Virus record (IMG/VR): IMGVR_UViG_2061766007_001169
From: an uncultured virus (IMG/VR IMGVR_UViG_2061766007_001169)
Lineage: Duplodnaviria; Heunggongvirae; Uroviricota; Caudoviricetes
Length of the DNA: 64,000 nt
Strand: one strand, 5' to 3'
In this document: in pieces, positions 30,999 to 39,811 of the stretch
Numbering within the stretch: the first letter of the stretch is position 1
Layout of the letters: the number at the start of each line of letters is the position of its first letter
Notes under the pieces: model-generated
Told to the model about the DNA's origin: nothing
The model's database searches: none
What the model saw: only the letters and a program-made list of their open reading frames with translations
Made by a program: the position numbers and the translations under genes

Positions 30999-31274
30999 TT
31001 ACTGCTGCATCGCCCAGGCGATTGCGTGGCCGTCATCCTCGAACTCGACCTCGCTTGCCGCCCTCAGTCCGATTGTTCCTTCGCAGGTATGGTCATCGTC
31101 AAGGAACTCGTATGTTGCTCCGAAGTAGCAGGGCTTGTTCTGCCCGTTGTAGTAGTATCCCGCGATGACCACCTTGTCTCCAAAGGTCAGCAGCTTGCTC
31201 CAGCGGCATTCCAAATCCTCCGGCGTGGTGGGATTCGGCAGTCTGTATTTTCTCATTGCTTCGTTGATCGTCAT
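30999..31274 (-). CDS. Conserved hypothetical protein (91 aa)
   Basis: GGAGG RBS; close homolog at 50505-50783. Confidence 0.8.
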   Translation of the reverse strand: MTINEAMRKYRLPNPTTPEDLECRWSKLLTFGDKVVIAGYYYNGQNKPCYFGATYEFLDDDHTCEGTIGLRAASEVEFEDDGHAIAWAMQQ

Positions 31275-31316
31275 TTTCGTGTCCTCCGTTTGCTTTGTTT
31301 TCCCTTTCGGTATGTA

Positions 31317-31347
31317 CATATATCACTCTGAAGGCACATATTATCAA
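31317..31347 (-). promoter_or_regulatory. Promoter-like motif copy (TTGATA-N12-AGAGTGATATAT)
   Basis: Fixed-spacing six-copy motif. Confidence 0.65.
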
Positions 31348-31399
31348 GTCATTTCCGGGAAATATATGTACCAGATATCCGGCACGGGAATTGTGTATT

Positions 31400-31600
31400 T
31401 TATTCCTGCGTGTGACGGTGGATCGTCTCGATGATCTGCTCCTGTTCCTCGGCATCCACGCCAATGGACTGGAGTGCCTGTCTCGTACCGCAGTCCGGGC
31501 AGATGCGCGTTTCATTGTCCGTCCTCGAAAGAGCCGGAACGCCGTGGTAGGTCTTTCCGCACAGCGGGCAAACCGCCATCCTTATCACATTATCCTTCAT
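31400..31600 (-). CDS. Small Zn-ribbon protein
   Basis: CPLCG..ALSR..ICPDCG; GGAGG RBS. Confidence 0.7.
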   Translation of the reverse strand: MKDNVIRMAVCPLCGKTYHGVPALSRTDNETRICPDCGTRQALQSIGVDAEEQEQIIETIHRHTQE

Positions 31601-32063
31601 AGCCACATACCTCCCTGCATTTATCGTAAGCATCGATCAGAATGTTTTTGTCGAAGTAAAAGGTGTCGTACCCCTCAAGGCAAGTCCTCATATAGAAATT
31701 GCTCGGTATGCCGATAGGTCTGTCCTCGTGCATGATGTAGGCAAACGCCGTCACCGACCTGCGCTTACCCGTTCGGATGCCCTTGTACTTCAGCTTGATG
31801 TCCTTCTTGTAGTAGAAGGTAGGGAATCCCTCGTAGCGGTCAAGCGCCGCCTCGTCAGACTCTGTAACTTCCCATATCACCACGGGAACCGTTCCGTCCC
31901 CGCACTCTTCAATCGTGAGGTAAGAGCCGGTCTTGCTCCCTTTGAAAAGCAGCTCCCATCCCGTAAGGTTCGCCGTGCCGAGGATCGTGGCGCGCGGACA
32001 GCGCATCCGCATCTGCGGCACGTTGAGGTTACTGCCGTAAGCGATGTAGTATCTCTTTGCCAT
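31590..32063 (-). CDS. Gamma-glutamylcyclotransferase (AIG2-like) family protein
   Basis: YIAYGSNL..LDRYEG..Y. Confidence 0.88.
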   Translation of the reverse strand: MAKRYYIAYGSNLNVPQMRMRCPRATILGTANLTGWELLFKGSKTGSYLTIEECGDGTVPVVIWEVTESDEAALDRYEGFPTFYYKKDIKLKYKGIRTGKRRSVTAFAYIMHEDRPIGIPSNFYMRTCLEGYDTFYFDKNILIDAYDKCREVCGYEG

Positions 32064-32151
32064 AGTTTTTACCATCCTTTCCGAAGGAAATGTCCTTCTA
32101 CCACCTTAAGCCCGCCGTGGCGGGTTAAGATGTGCCTCTGGGCTGCGTCCT

Positions 32152-33250
32152 TCAAGCGGCGGCTCTGCCGTGCCTGAATGCCGTGTCCCCGGAAAGGTTG
32201 CGGGTAAGAAAATCTCTCGCCGTTGCGAATTCCTCTCCGATGAATCCGAGGCGGAGGAGCCAAGTCCTCATGGCGTATTTCGGATTCTCGTTCTGCTGCG
32301 GTTTCGGGCTTGCCGTTCTCACGTCCTTTGCCATCTGGCTGAGTGCAAGGCAAAGCTGAATGTAGCTTTTCAGCTGTCCTGCGTGGATGCCGCCCTTGCG
32401 CTCCGCTGTCGGCTCATCGAACTGGAAGAGTCTGAACTCAATGGTGCCCTTCGTAAAGGTCGCATGGTAGTTGAGCATATGGTAGCGGCTGTCGTTGTAG
32501 TGTTGGCTCCTGCCGTAGTCGGCGTTCTGTGAGCCGTACCAGATGTCCGCAAGCGCTGCCATCGTCTTTGGCTTCCTTGCGTTGACCTTCTTCAAGAAGT
32601 TCGGGTCAACCGTGCGGCAGTACCTGTCCATGCGGTAGCGGTCGAGCTTCAAAGCCTCGGCAATCAGGCTCTCATGGCTTGCCATGATGTTTGCGAGGTT
32701 GCGGAGCGTCTGCGGCGTGTGGCCGTTCGCACCGATGTGGATGTGGACTCCGCATCCCCGGCTGGCATCGCTCTTTGCGCCTGCGTGTCGAAGCTGTCTG
32801 CAAAGTTCCTGAAGGGTTTCGATATCGCCGTAGGTAAGGATCGGCGTGACCATCTCANNNNNNNNNNACCGTTCGCTCCGATGTGGATGTGTACTCCGCA
32901 TCCCCGGCTTGCATCGCTCTTTGCACCGTTGTGCCTAAGCTGTCTGCAAAGCTCCTGCAGGGTTTCGATGTCGCTATAGGTGAGGATTGGCGTGACCAGT
33001 TCGCATTTCTCATCATCCGGTCCGCTGATGGAAACGTCCCTCTGGAATTTCCACTCCCTGCCGTCCGCATCCCAAGCCGACCAGGTGTAGTAACCGTTGC
33101 GGCCTGCCGTATTCTCGTACCTGCCTGTTCCGAAGAAGTCGGCGGCAATCTTTGCTGCCTTGCTCCTCTTGATGCTGTTCATCTCGACCTCGACCCCGAT
33201 GGTCTGGTTCTTCNNNNNNNNNNGATCTGTCTCTCTGTCCTTGCGTTCAT
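32152..33250 (-). CDS. Amidoligase (COOH-NH2 ligase type 2), two N gaps with a duplicated segment
   Basis: IGVEVEM, DVSI..ELVTPIL, CGVHIHIG, RYHMLN, TIEFR. Confidence 0.85.
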
Positions 33251-33310
33251 GGTGTGTGCCTCCTTGAAAATCCCTTATTTTCCGAGGGTTTCGTTCCCTT
33301 CGGTGTGTCT

Positions 33311-33340
33311 ATATATCACTCTGAAGCACACTTATATCAA
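33311..33340 (-). promoter_or_regulatory. Promoter-like motif copy upstream of amidoligase
   Basis: TTGATA-N12-AGAGTGATATAT. Confidence 0.65.
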
Positions 33341-33401
33341 GCTATTTCTCGCCATAATGTACACGAATATCGGCCTTATATTTCGGCTCGAATTGTGTAG
33401 A

Positions 33402-33626
33402 TCAGCCCGTGGTTTTTCGGACGATATCCTCGCCGTAAACCACGTTCAGGCCGCTTCCCGTGTCCCACCGCATGAGGAGGGAGCCTGTATCATCCACGCC
33501 GAGAACGGTTCCTTTCGTTCCGGCAGGCGGAGCCTGTACATCGTCCATCTGCACAAGTTCTACTCGTGTGCCTGCAGGGTACTCCCTGCGGATGCGCTCG
33601 ACCGTTTCTTTATTCGGAAATCTCAT
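33402..33626 (-). CDS. DUF4314-like protein
   Basis: YPAGTRVEL..MDD..GTKGTV..VDD.G..WD.GS.L. Confidence 0.75.
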   Translation of the reverse strand: MRFPNKETVERIRREYPAGTRVELVQMDDVQAPPAGTKGTVLGVDDTGSLLMRWDTGSGLNVVYGEDIVRKTTG

Positions 33627-34326
33627 GTTCGGCACCTCCGTTCTTGAAAGCCGAGGAGCCTGTAAGGTTCTTCAGCAGGATTTTGCGTTCCGTCTTATAT
33701 TCCGACCCGATAAAGCCCAGCCGCAGGAGGAAGCAGCGGAATGCGTATTTTTCGTTGTCCACTTCCTTTTCCGTGGCGGTCACCCGCTTGGCGTTCCTTG
33801 CCATCTCGCATAGTGCGGAGACAAGGTGCGTATAGGCTTTAGCAGACTCGCCGTCCATCTGTATGAACCAGGGGAAGGATACCTTCTCGTCTGTCACCTC
33901 AATAGTAAGGCTGTCTGTTCCGAGCGCTTTTTTCATGAGCGCCGCCTTGGAACCCACGATCCTCTGCAGGTTTTCGATAGCCGCGTCCGAAAGGCTGTCC
34001 CTTGGAACCGCCACCGTAAGTCCCTCTGTGGCCGCCTGTGGCGCGTTGTCCGAAGTTTCGGATACTTCCTCGAACTCTGAATCCCCGCCGTCATGCGGCT
34101 CACATTCAAAACCTGCGGCGGCGATGGCTTCAAGCACCTGCTCGACTTCCTCGCTGTCCGCTCTGTCATTGAAGAGGAGCGTCCCGTCCTTGGTGACCGT
34201 GAAGTGGTCGATCTCGTAATTGCAGGTCGGCATGAATTTGTATTCCGCCTTCGCTCCCGTGGTGTCGGAGATGACCTTTACCAGTTCCTTTCGCTTTGCG
34301 CCTGTTACGTTGTACCTGATTTCCAT
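33610..34326 (-). CDS. Phage 'virulence-related' hypothetical protein
   Basis: GGAGG RBS; homolog at 49146-49853; C-terminus resembles amidoligase C-terminus. Confidence 0.75.
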   Translation of the reverse strand: MEIRYNVTGAKRKELVKVISDTTGAKAEYKFMPTCNYEIDHFTVTKDGTLLFNDRADSEEVEQVLEAIAAAGFECEPHDGGDSEFEEVSETSDNAPQAATEGLTVAVPRDSLSDAAIENLQRIVGSKAALMKKALGTDSLTIEVTDEKVSFPWFIQMDGESAKAYTHLVSALCEMARNAKRVTATEKEVDNEKYAFRCFLLRLGFIGSEYKTERKILLKNLTGSSAFKNGGAEHEISE

Positions 34327-34360
34327 GTGTGAAACCTCCTTTGTGTTTTTTGGTAGGTAC

Positions 34361-34390
34361 ATATATCACTCTGAAAGCCAGGAATATCAA
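34361..34390 (-). promoter_or_regulatory. Promoter-like motif copy
   Basis: TTGATA-N12-AGAGTGATATAT. Confidence 0.65.
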
Positions 34391-34428
34391 GCGTTTTCAA
34401 CACATTTCGCTGTAGAATAACCGCCGGA

Positions 34429-36240
34429 TCATTCGCCCTTAAACTGTGAGTAATACACAATGCCTAAAAGCACGAAAACCACGCAAGGCAGAGCCACGCC
34501 ATTGCCCCACATCTTATACTCCGCAGAATCGGAATACGGATCGGCAAGCCACTTTTTTATCTGCTTTGAAGTCTTGGGCTTGCTGTCGGGAGCGGTTGCC
34601 AGCCGCCATGTCTCGAACACCTTGTACCAATAGTACAATTCCTCATCGGACGGCTTCACCGTGCCGAGATCATCGCACCACCAGTCCGGGAAGCCCTGCA
34701 GCCTTGCGCACTCGGTCGGCGTGAGCCTTCTGACGATGTAGTATGGTTCCTCGGAGATGGTCGGCGGGTCCTTGTAGTCCGTAGCGACCAGCGTATTCGC
34801 CACATCCTCTTCGGCTTCCGTATGATAGGAATTCTTGCTCGTGGTATAGACGGGATGCGCCACCGCGCCGGGTCCCTTCGCCACCATCGTAGGCTCTACT
34901 TCCTCCTCGACCGCGATACCGAACTGTGCGTTCTGTCCCATATTATAGGTAGCCCGGTCGATGCCGTATGCCACGCCGTGCTGTTCCGTAGCGTTCAGCG
35001 TGAAGCTGACATTGTCTTCGGAGAAACCGCTGCCCTTATGGGATGGTCTTGCACCGTTGCCCTCAAGAGCCACCACAGCCATGCCGCCCTGGTTGCACGA
35101 TGGATTGCCGCCGTTTCCGTCAAGCGTCCGCGAGGTATCGGCTTTATAAAAACCGCTGTGCGGATTGTCCGACTTCATGGCATTGCTCTCCTTGGAACAA
35201 ATGCCGAAAACGGTCGGGACGAAAAGCGTCTGGTCGTTATTACACCCGAGCGTGGCTGACTTATCATCCTGGATCAGCGCACCCTTGCCGCCGCCCTCAC
35301 AGCCGGAGCGTATCTTGAGCGTCTTAGGCGTCTCCACCACGAACGGCTGGTTGTTGCCGCCTGTCCCGAAGGTGGAAAGGACGGTCTGCGCCACATCGAG
35401 CGGTCCCGTGTATCTGGAATCCTGCGAGTGGTTCTCGAACACCAGCGGAGGATGGTGGCTTTCCGCACGGAGCGTGTTCGTCACATCCTCGGTCAAGTCC
35501 ATCCGCTGCCCGCCCTGGTCATTCAGGCAGAAAGTGCCTGTCTCTCCAAAGCCCTCGCCAGCATCAGCGGCAGCTCCTTGCCACGCGCGGAAGCCCTCCG
35601 CAGAATACCCAGACACGCCTTCTGACTCAAATAGTATTTTTCCGGCACTCCCGCCTGCAAGATCTGCGACAAGGTAGATGCGTTTTCTTCTCTGGGGAAC
35701 TCCCCAATACTGAGCGTCAAGGACTCTCCAGGCAACGGAGTAACCGTCTCCCATGATGCTTCCTGCAGACTGCCACTTCTTAACCGAAGGAACAGATACG
35801 GTTTCGTCTGCGATGCGGCAGACGCTTTCGAGGACGCAACGGAAGTCTTCTCCCTTGTTTGAGGAGAATGCCCCAGGGACGTTCTCCCACACGATGTATC
35901 TTGGATATTTGCCATTGGTGGCACACCTCATTTCCTTGATGATTCGGACGGCTTCGTAGAAAAGCCCGGAGCGGTTCCCGTCCAGACCTTCACGCTTGCC
36001 CGCGATGCTCATGTCCTGGCACGGCGAACCGAACGTGATGATATCCACAGGCTCGATGTTCCCACCGTCCATTTTGGAAACATCGCCGTAGTGTTTCATA
36101 AAAGGCAGCCGCTTGGTGGTCACCCGAATAGGAAACGGCTCGATCTCCGATGCCCACACGGGAGCAATGCCGGAAATCAAGCCGCCCAAAGGAAAACCGC
36201 CGGAGCCGTCAAACAGGCTGCCGAGCGTCAGTTTATTCAT
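34429..36240 (-). CDS. C5-cytosine DNA methyltransferase with long modular variable region
   Basis: Motifs LFDGSGG, GSPCQ, ENVPG, PQRRKR, RRLTPTECARLQGFPD, GNGV. Confidence 0.93.
   Translation of the reverse strand: MNKLTLGSLFDGSGGFPLGGLISGIAPVWASEIEPFPIRVTTKRLPFMKHYGDVSKMDGGNIEPVDIITFGSPCQDMSIAGKREGLDGNRSGLFYEAVRIIKEMRCATNGKYPRYIVWENVPGAFSSNKGEDFRCVLESVCRIADETVSVPSVKKWQSAGSIMGDGYSVAWRVLDAQYWGVPQRRKRIYLVADLAGGSAGKILFESEGVSGYSAEGFRAWQGAAADAGEGFGETGTFCLNDQGGQRMDLTEDVTNTLRAESHHPPLVFENHSQDSRYTGPLDVAQTVLSTFGTGGNNQPFVVETPKTLKIRSGCEGGGKGALIQDDKSATLGCNNDQTLFVPTVFGICSKESNAMKSDNPHSGFYKADTSRTLDGNGGNPSCNQGGMAVVALEGNGARPSHKGSGFSEDNVSFTLNATEQHGVAYGIDRATYNMGQNAQFGIAVEEEVEPTMVAKGPGAVAHPVYTTSKNSYHTEAEEDVANTLVATDYKDPPTISEEPYYIVRRLTPTECARLQGFPDWWCDDLGTVKPSDEELYYWYKVFETWRLATAPDSKPKTSKQIKKWLADPYSDSAEYKMWGNGVALPCVVFVLLGIVYYSQFKGE
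35523..35915 (-). CDS. Overlapping +1-frame polypeptide inside the C5-MTase gene (beta-subunit-like, 130 aa)
   Basis: GAGGTG-8 nt-ATG; same start, stop and length as 47431-47823. Confidence 0.7.
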   Translation of the reverse strand: MANIQDTSCGRTSLGHSPQTREKTSVASSKASAASQTKPYLFLRLRSGSLQEASWETVTPLPGESLTLSIGEFPREENASTLSQILQAGVPEKYYLSQKACLGILRRASARGKELPLMLARALERQALSA

Positions 36241-37471
36241 CGGACACCTCCAGTTCTGCGAAGGTGTATGTCCTGCCGTCCCTCTCCACTGAAACACCGT
36301 CCGCAGAGCCGACCTGCTCGATGTACCGTTTCACGATGACATCGCAGTATTTCTCGTCCAGTTCGATGGTGTAACAATCCCTGTCGGTCTGCTCACAGGC
36401 GATGAGCGTAGAGCCGCTGCCGCCGAACGGATCGAGGATGAGCGTGTTGCTCATGGAAGAATTCTGTATCGGATACGCCAGGAGCGGTATCGGCTTCATG
36501 GTCGGATGATCCGTGTTCTTCTTGGTCTTCTCGAACTCCCATATCGTGGTCTGCTTGCGGTCAGCGTACCACTGGTGCTTTCCGCTTTTCTTCCAGCCAT
36601 AGAGACATGGCTCGTGCTGCCATTGATATGGCGAACGCCCAAGCACCAGGCTCGGCTTCTTCCAGATACAACAGCCGGAGAGATAGAACCCCGCGTCCGA
36701 GAACGCCTTACGGAAGTTCAGCCCCTCGGTGTCCGCATGGAACACATAGATGGAAGCATCGTCCGCCATGACCTTTTCGATATTGGAAAAGGCATCGAAG
36801 AGGAACTGGTAGAACTTCTCGTCCGCAAGGTTGTCGTTCTTGATCTTCCCGGCAGTCCCTTCATAGTTCACGTTGTACGGAGGATCGGTTACCACAAGGT
36901 TCGCTTTCCGTCCCTGCATGAGAGTCTCGAAGGTTTCCGCTTTCGTGGAATCGCCGCAGACCAGCCTGTGCCGTCCGAGCGTCCACACATCTCCGCTCTT
37001 GGAGAAGGTGGGCTTTTCCAGTTCGGCGTCCACATCGAAATCATCCTCCTGCACATCTGTATCATCCTTGAACAGATCGGACAGTTCCTTCTCGTCAAAG
37101 CCCGTGAGGGAAAGGTCGAACGCCTCCGCCTGCAGAGCTTCGATTTCTACGCGCAGAAGTTCCTCGTCCCATCCGGCATCCATCGCCATTCTATTGTCGG
37201 CGATGATATATGCTTTCTTCTGCGCTTCCGTCAGATGGTCGACAAAAACACACGGGACCTCCGTGATACCTTCCTCTTTCGCCGCAAGAATACGACCGTG
37301 GCCGGCGATAACGCCAAAGTCACGGTCGATGATGACGGGATTGATGAAGCCGAACTCCCGGAGGGAGGATCGCAGCTTGTTTATCTGTTCCGGGGAGTGG
37401 GTACGCGCGTTATTCACATACGGTACGAGTTTCCCAATCGGAACGAGCCGCATTTCACTCGTTGTCTTCAT
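36233..37471 (-). CDS. ParB-like domain + N6/N4 DNA methyltransferase
   Basis: NNARTH..FGFINPVI..IAGHGR; TDPPY, HPTMKP, DPFGGSG. Confidence 0.9.
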   Translation of the reverse strand: MKTTSEMRLVPIGKLVPYVNNARTHSPEQINKLRSSLREFGFINPVIIDRDFGVIAGHGRILAAKEEGITEVPCVFVDHLTEAQKKAYIIADNRMAMDAGWDEELLRVEIEALQAEAFDLSLTGFDEKELSDLFKDDTDVQEDDFDVDAELEKPTFSKSGDVWTLGRHRLVCGDSTKAETFETLMQGRKANLVVTDPPYNVNYEGTAGKIKNDNLADEKFYQFLFDAFSNIEKVMADDASIYVFHADTEGLNFRKAFSDAGFYLSGCCIWKKPSLVLGRSPYQWQHEPCLYGWKKSGKHQWYADRKQTTIWEFEKTKKNTDHPTMKPIPLLAYPIQNSSMSNTLILDPFGGSGSTLIACEQTDRDCYTIELDEKYCDVIVKRYIEQVGSADGVSVERDGRTYTFAELEVSDE

Positions 37472-38630
37472 AACGCTTCACCGCCTCCCTTAATTCTCTG
37501 TATTTGTCGGTATGCTCCCAGGTGGGATAGCCGTTTCCGAAATGCCCGTAATCCGAATACTCCGCAAAGGAGCAGTTTCTAAGACAGAATTCGTTGATGA
37601 TTGCCGCCGGACGCATATTGAACACATCGTTCACGGCTTTTGCTATCACTTCATCGCTGACCTTTCCCGTGCCGAACGTATCGATCTGGACAGCCACAGG
37701 ATCGGCTTTTCCGATGGCGTAGCTGATAGCGACCTGGCACTCGTCCGCCAGTTCAGCGAACACGATGTTCTTTGCGATGCACCGCGCCATGTATGCGCCG
37801 GAGCGGTCAACCTTGGTGGGGTCCTTGCCGGAGAACGCACCGCCGCCATGAGCGCCGAGTCCGCCGTAGGTATCCACCATCAGTTTTCTGCCCGTCAGTC
37901 CTGTATCCGCCTTGGGACCGCCCTCCACGAATCTGCCGGATGGATTGACGAGGATTTCTGTATCAGCATCAAACGGGAACTTGGTAAATACGGGATGCAG
38001 CACCTCGGCGATGATTTCGCTCTTTAACACATCCAGGTCTTTGTCCTTGTCGTGCTGGACGGAAACCACGATGGTCTTTATACGCTTGGGCTTGCCGTTC
38101 ACATATTCCACGGTGACCTGCGCCTTGCCATCCGGCTTAATGCCGTGGATGAGGTTGTCGCGCCTTACCGTGTCCAGTCTTTTACACATTTTGTGTGAAA
38201 GAAGGAGCGGCAGGGGAATGTACTCGCTCGTCTCGTTGGTGGCGTAACCGTAAACCGTACCCTGATCTCCCGCGCCGAGGTTGGCGTAGCAGGAGGTATC
38301 GCCGTTCCTTGCTTCGATGCTCATATCCACGCCGCCCGCGATGTCGCGGCTCTGCTTGCGGATGAATACATAAATCAGGAAGCCGTATGGATTGTACCCG
38401 ACCTTCTCCAGCGCCCTGCGGACGGTGTAACGGATATCCACGGTCTTCGCACAGGTGATCTCGCCCGCAACGATGATGCGCCGTCCCGCCGCCATGACCT
38501 CGCAGGCTACGCGGGAGGACTTGTCTTTATAAAGGCAGGCGTCCAGGATGCTGTCGGCGATGAAGTCGCACAGCTTATCGGGATGTCCTGCGCATACACT
38601 TTCCGCTGTCTTGTAAGTTTTCATGTCCAT
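37455..38630 (-). CDS. metK: S-adenosylmethionine synthetase (full length)
   Basis: ESV..GHPDK, GAGDQG, DTGLTGRK, GGGAFSGKD.TKVDRS. Confidence 0.95.
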   Translation of the reverse strand: MDMKTYKTAESVCAGHPDKLCDFIADSILDACLYKDKSSRVACEVMAAGRRIIVAGEITCAKTVDIRYTVRRALEKVGYNPYGFLIYVFIRKQSRDIAGGVDMSIEARNGDTSCYANLGAGDQGTVYGYATNETSEYIPLPLLLSHKMCKRLDTVRRDNLIHGIKPDGKAQVTVEYVNGKPKRIKTIVVSVQHDKDKDLDVLKSEIIAEVLHPVFTKFPFDADTEILVNPSGRFVEGGPKADTGLTGRKLMVDTYGGLGAHGGGAFSGKDPTKVDRSGAYMARCIAKNIVFAELADECQVAISYAIGKADPVAVQIDTFGTGKVSDEVIAKAVNDVFNMRPAAIINEFCLRNCSFAEYSDYGHFGNGYPTWEHTDKYRELREAVKRYEDNE

Positions 38631-38643
38631 ATCTCCATTTCTT

Positions 38644-39195
38644 TTATTTTCTGTTCCTTGCGCGGAGCAGCCGCTCCATCAGATCGTCCTGCGGAGAAGA
38701 ACCGTCATATTCCACGGAGCAGTTCTCCCGCACAATCTGGTAGATTTGGAACCAGTCCGCATTGACCTGTTTCTTGTAGTCGCGGCTCATGGACACATAA
38801 GGCGATGCGATGGCGTTCCCCGTGGTGGGATGCTTGGCGAGGTACCCGAATTCGGATATTGCTTCCTCGCATTGAATCCACCGCGCCACGCTCATCGCGT
38901 ACTGCTCGATCAGCTGGTTGTTTACTAACATTTCACAGCCCCGCGCCTTGAGCCAAAGCCACGTCTCTCTGAAAATCTCCTCGGCACACAGGTTGCTGCC
39001 GTTTTTCTGTTTTGCTTTGAGATAGTCCCTGATGGGAGGAACATCCTCGCCTTGGATATCCGCAGGTTCCGGCAGATCATCCGGCATCACCAGCGTTCCC
39101 TTTGCCGTGCCGTCTTGTATCTTGTCCACGAGCGGTTTCCTTTTCGGACCCGTTCCCGGTCTGGGACCGCCCCTGTTGGTACCGTCTTTTGCCAC
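38644..39195 (-). CDS. Terminase small subunit (P27-like)
   Basis: GTG start after GGAGGTG; RGGPRPGTGPKRK..ARWIQCEE..HPTTG; follows HNH. Confidence 0.8.
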   Translation of the reverse strand: MAKDGTNRGGPRPGTGPKRKPLVDKIQDGTAKGTLVMPDDLPEPADIQGEDVPPIRDYLKAKQKNGSNLCAEEIFRETWLWLKARGCEMLVNNQLIEQYAMSVARWIQCEEAISEFGYLAKHPTTGNAIASPYVSMSRDYKKQVNADWFQIYQIVRENCSVEYDGSSPQDDLMERLLRARNRK

Positions 39196-39252
39196 ATTCT
39201 CACCTCCGATCTGCATTCGCCGGGTTAATACCCCGTTTGAATACGAAAATTT

Positions 39253-39312
39253 GCACACGAAGCCCCAGGCCGCTGTCCGCATAAAGGACCCGCAGAGATT
39301 TTGACCGCCCCT
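39253..39312 (-). other. Putative cos/packaging region A
   Basis: Between HNH and terS; AGGGGCGGTCAAAATCTCTGCG and GGGGCTTCGTGTGC shared with 44410-44469. Confidence 0.55.
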
Positions 39313-39317
39313 CCCGG

Positions 39318-39683
39318 TCAGCTGCGAATCTGTCTGTCACCCATCTCAAGATGTATCTTGGTGTGGCAGGACTGACAAAGGCTCATCAGATTGCTTTCCC
39401 GATGATCGCCGCCCTGTGAGATGGGAAGGATGTGGTGTACCTCCTCCACGGGAGTGAGCCGTCCTTCCTTAAGGCACATCTCGCACAGGGGATGAGAGGC
39501 GGCATAGCGGTCGCGTATCCTCTTCCAAGCCCTGCCGTACTTCTTGTTCGTGTCGGGACTGCGTGTGTGTTTGTTGTACTGCTGCGCGGCGAGTCGTTGA
39601 TGCTCCTCGCAGTATTGACCGCCCTCGACAGCCAGCCTTGGACAGCCGCTATAGGCGCACCCGCGCCGTGGTTTCCTCGGCAT
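39318..39683 (-). CDS. HNH endonuclease (terminase-associated)
   Basis: PLCEMC..VHHI..GG..NLMSLCQSCH. Confidence 0.92.
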   Translation of the reverse strand: MPRKPRRGCAYSGCPRLAVEGGQYCEEHQRLAAQQYNKHTRSPDTNKKYGRAWKRIRDRYAASHPLCEMCLKEGRLTPVEEVHHILPISQGGDHRESNLMSLCQSCHTKIHLEMGDRQIRS

Positions 39684-39704
39684 ACAAATCACCTCGCTTT
39701 CCGG

Positions 39705-39801
39705 GCATAAGAAAAGCCCCGGAAGGATTGCTCCTCCGAGGCTCGTCTTACTCTACTTTGCTATTGTAATCATACCATAGGTCAAGTGTGCCATACTGTG
39801 C
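39705..39801 (-). promoter_or_regulatory. Putative late promoter and leader hairpin
   Basis: GCACA repeats, TGGTATGAT extended -10, hairpin nearly identical to 43985-44030. Confidence 0.45.
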
Positions 39802-39811
39802 NNNNNNNNNN

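Larger units (their letters stand above)
2765..39801 (-). mobile_element. Prophage A: HK97-like siphovirus late region, lysis, cargo and serine-recombinase module
   Basis: Co-oriented HNH-terS-terL-portal-protease-capsid-tail-holin-lysin-recombinase genes; true ends uncertain (cargo may extend to position 1; early genes lie beyond gaps). Confidence 0.92.
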
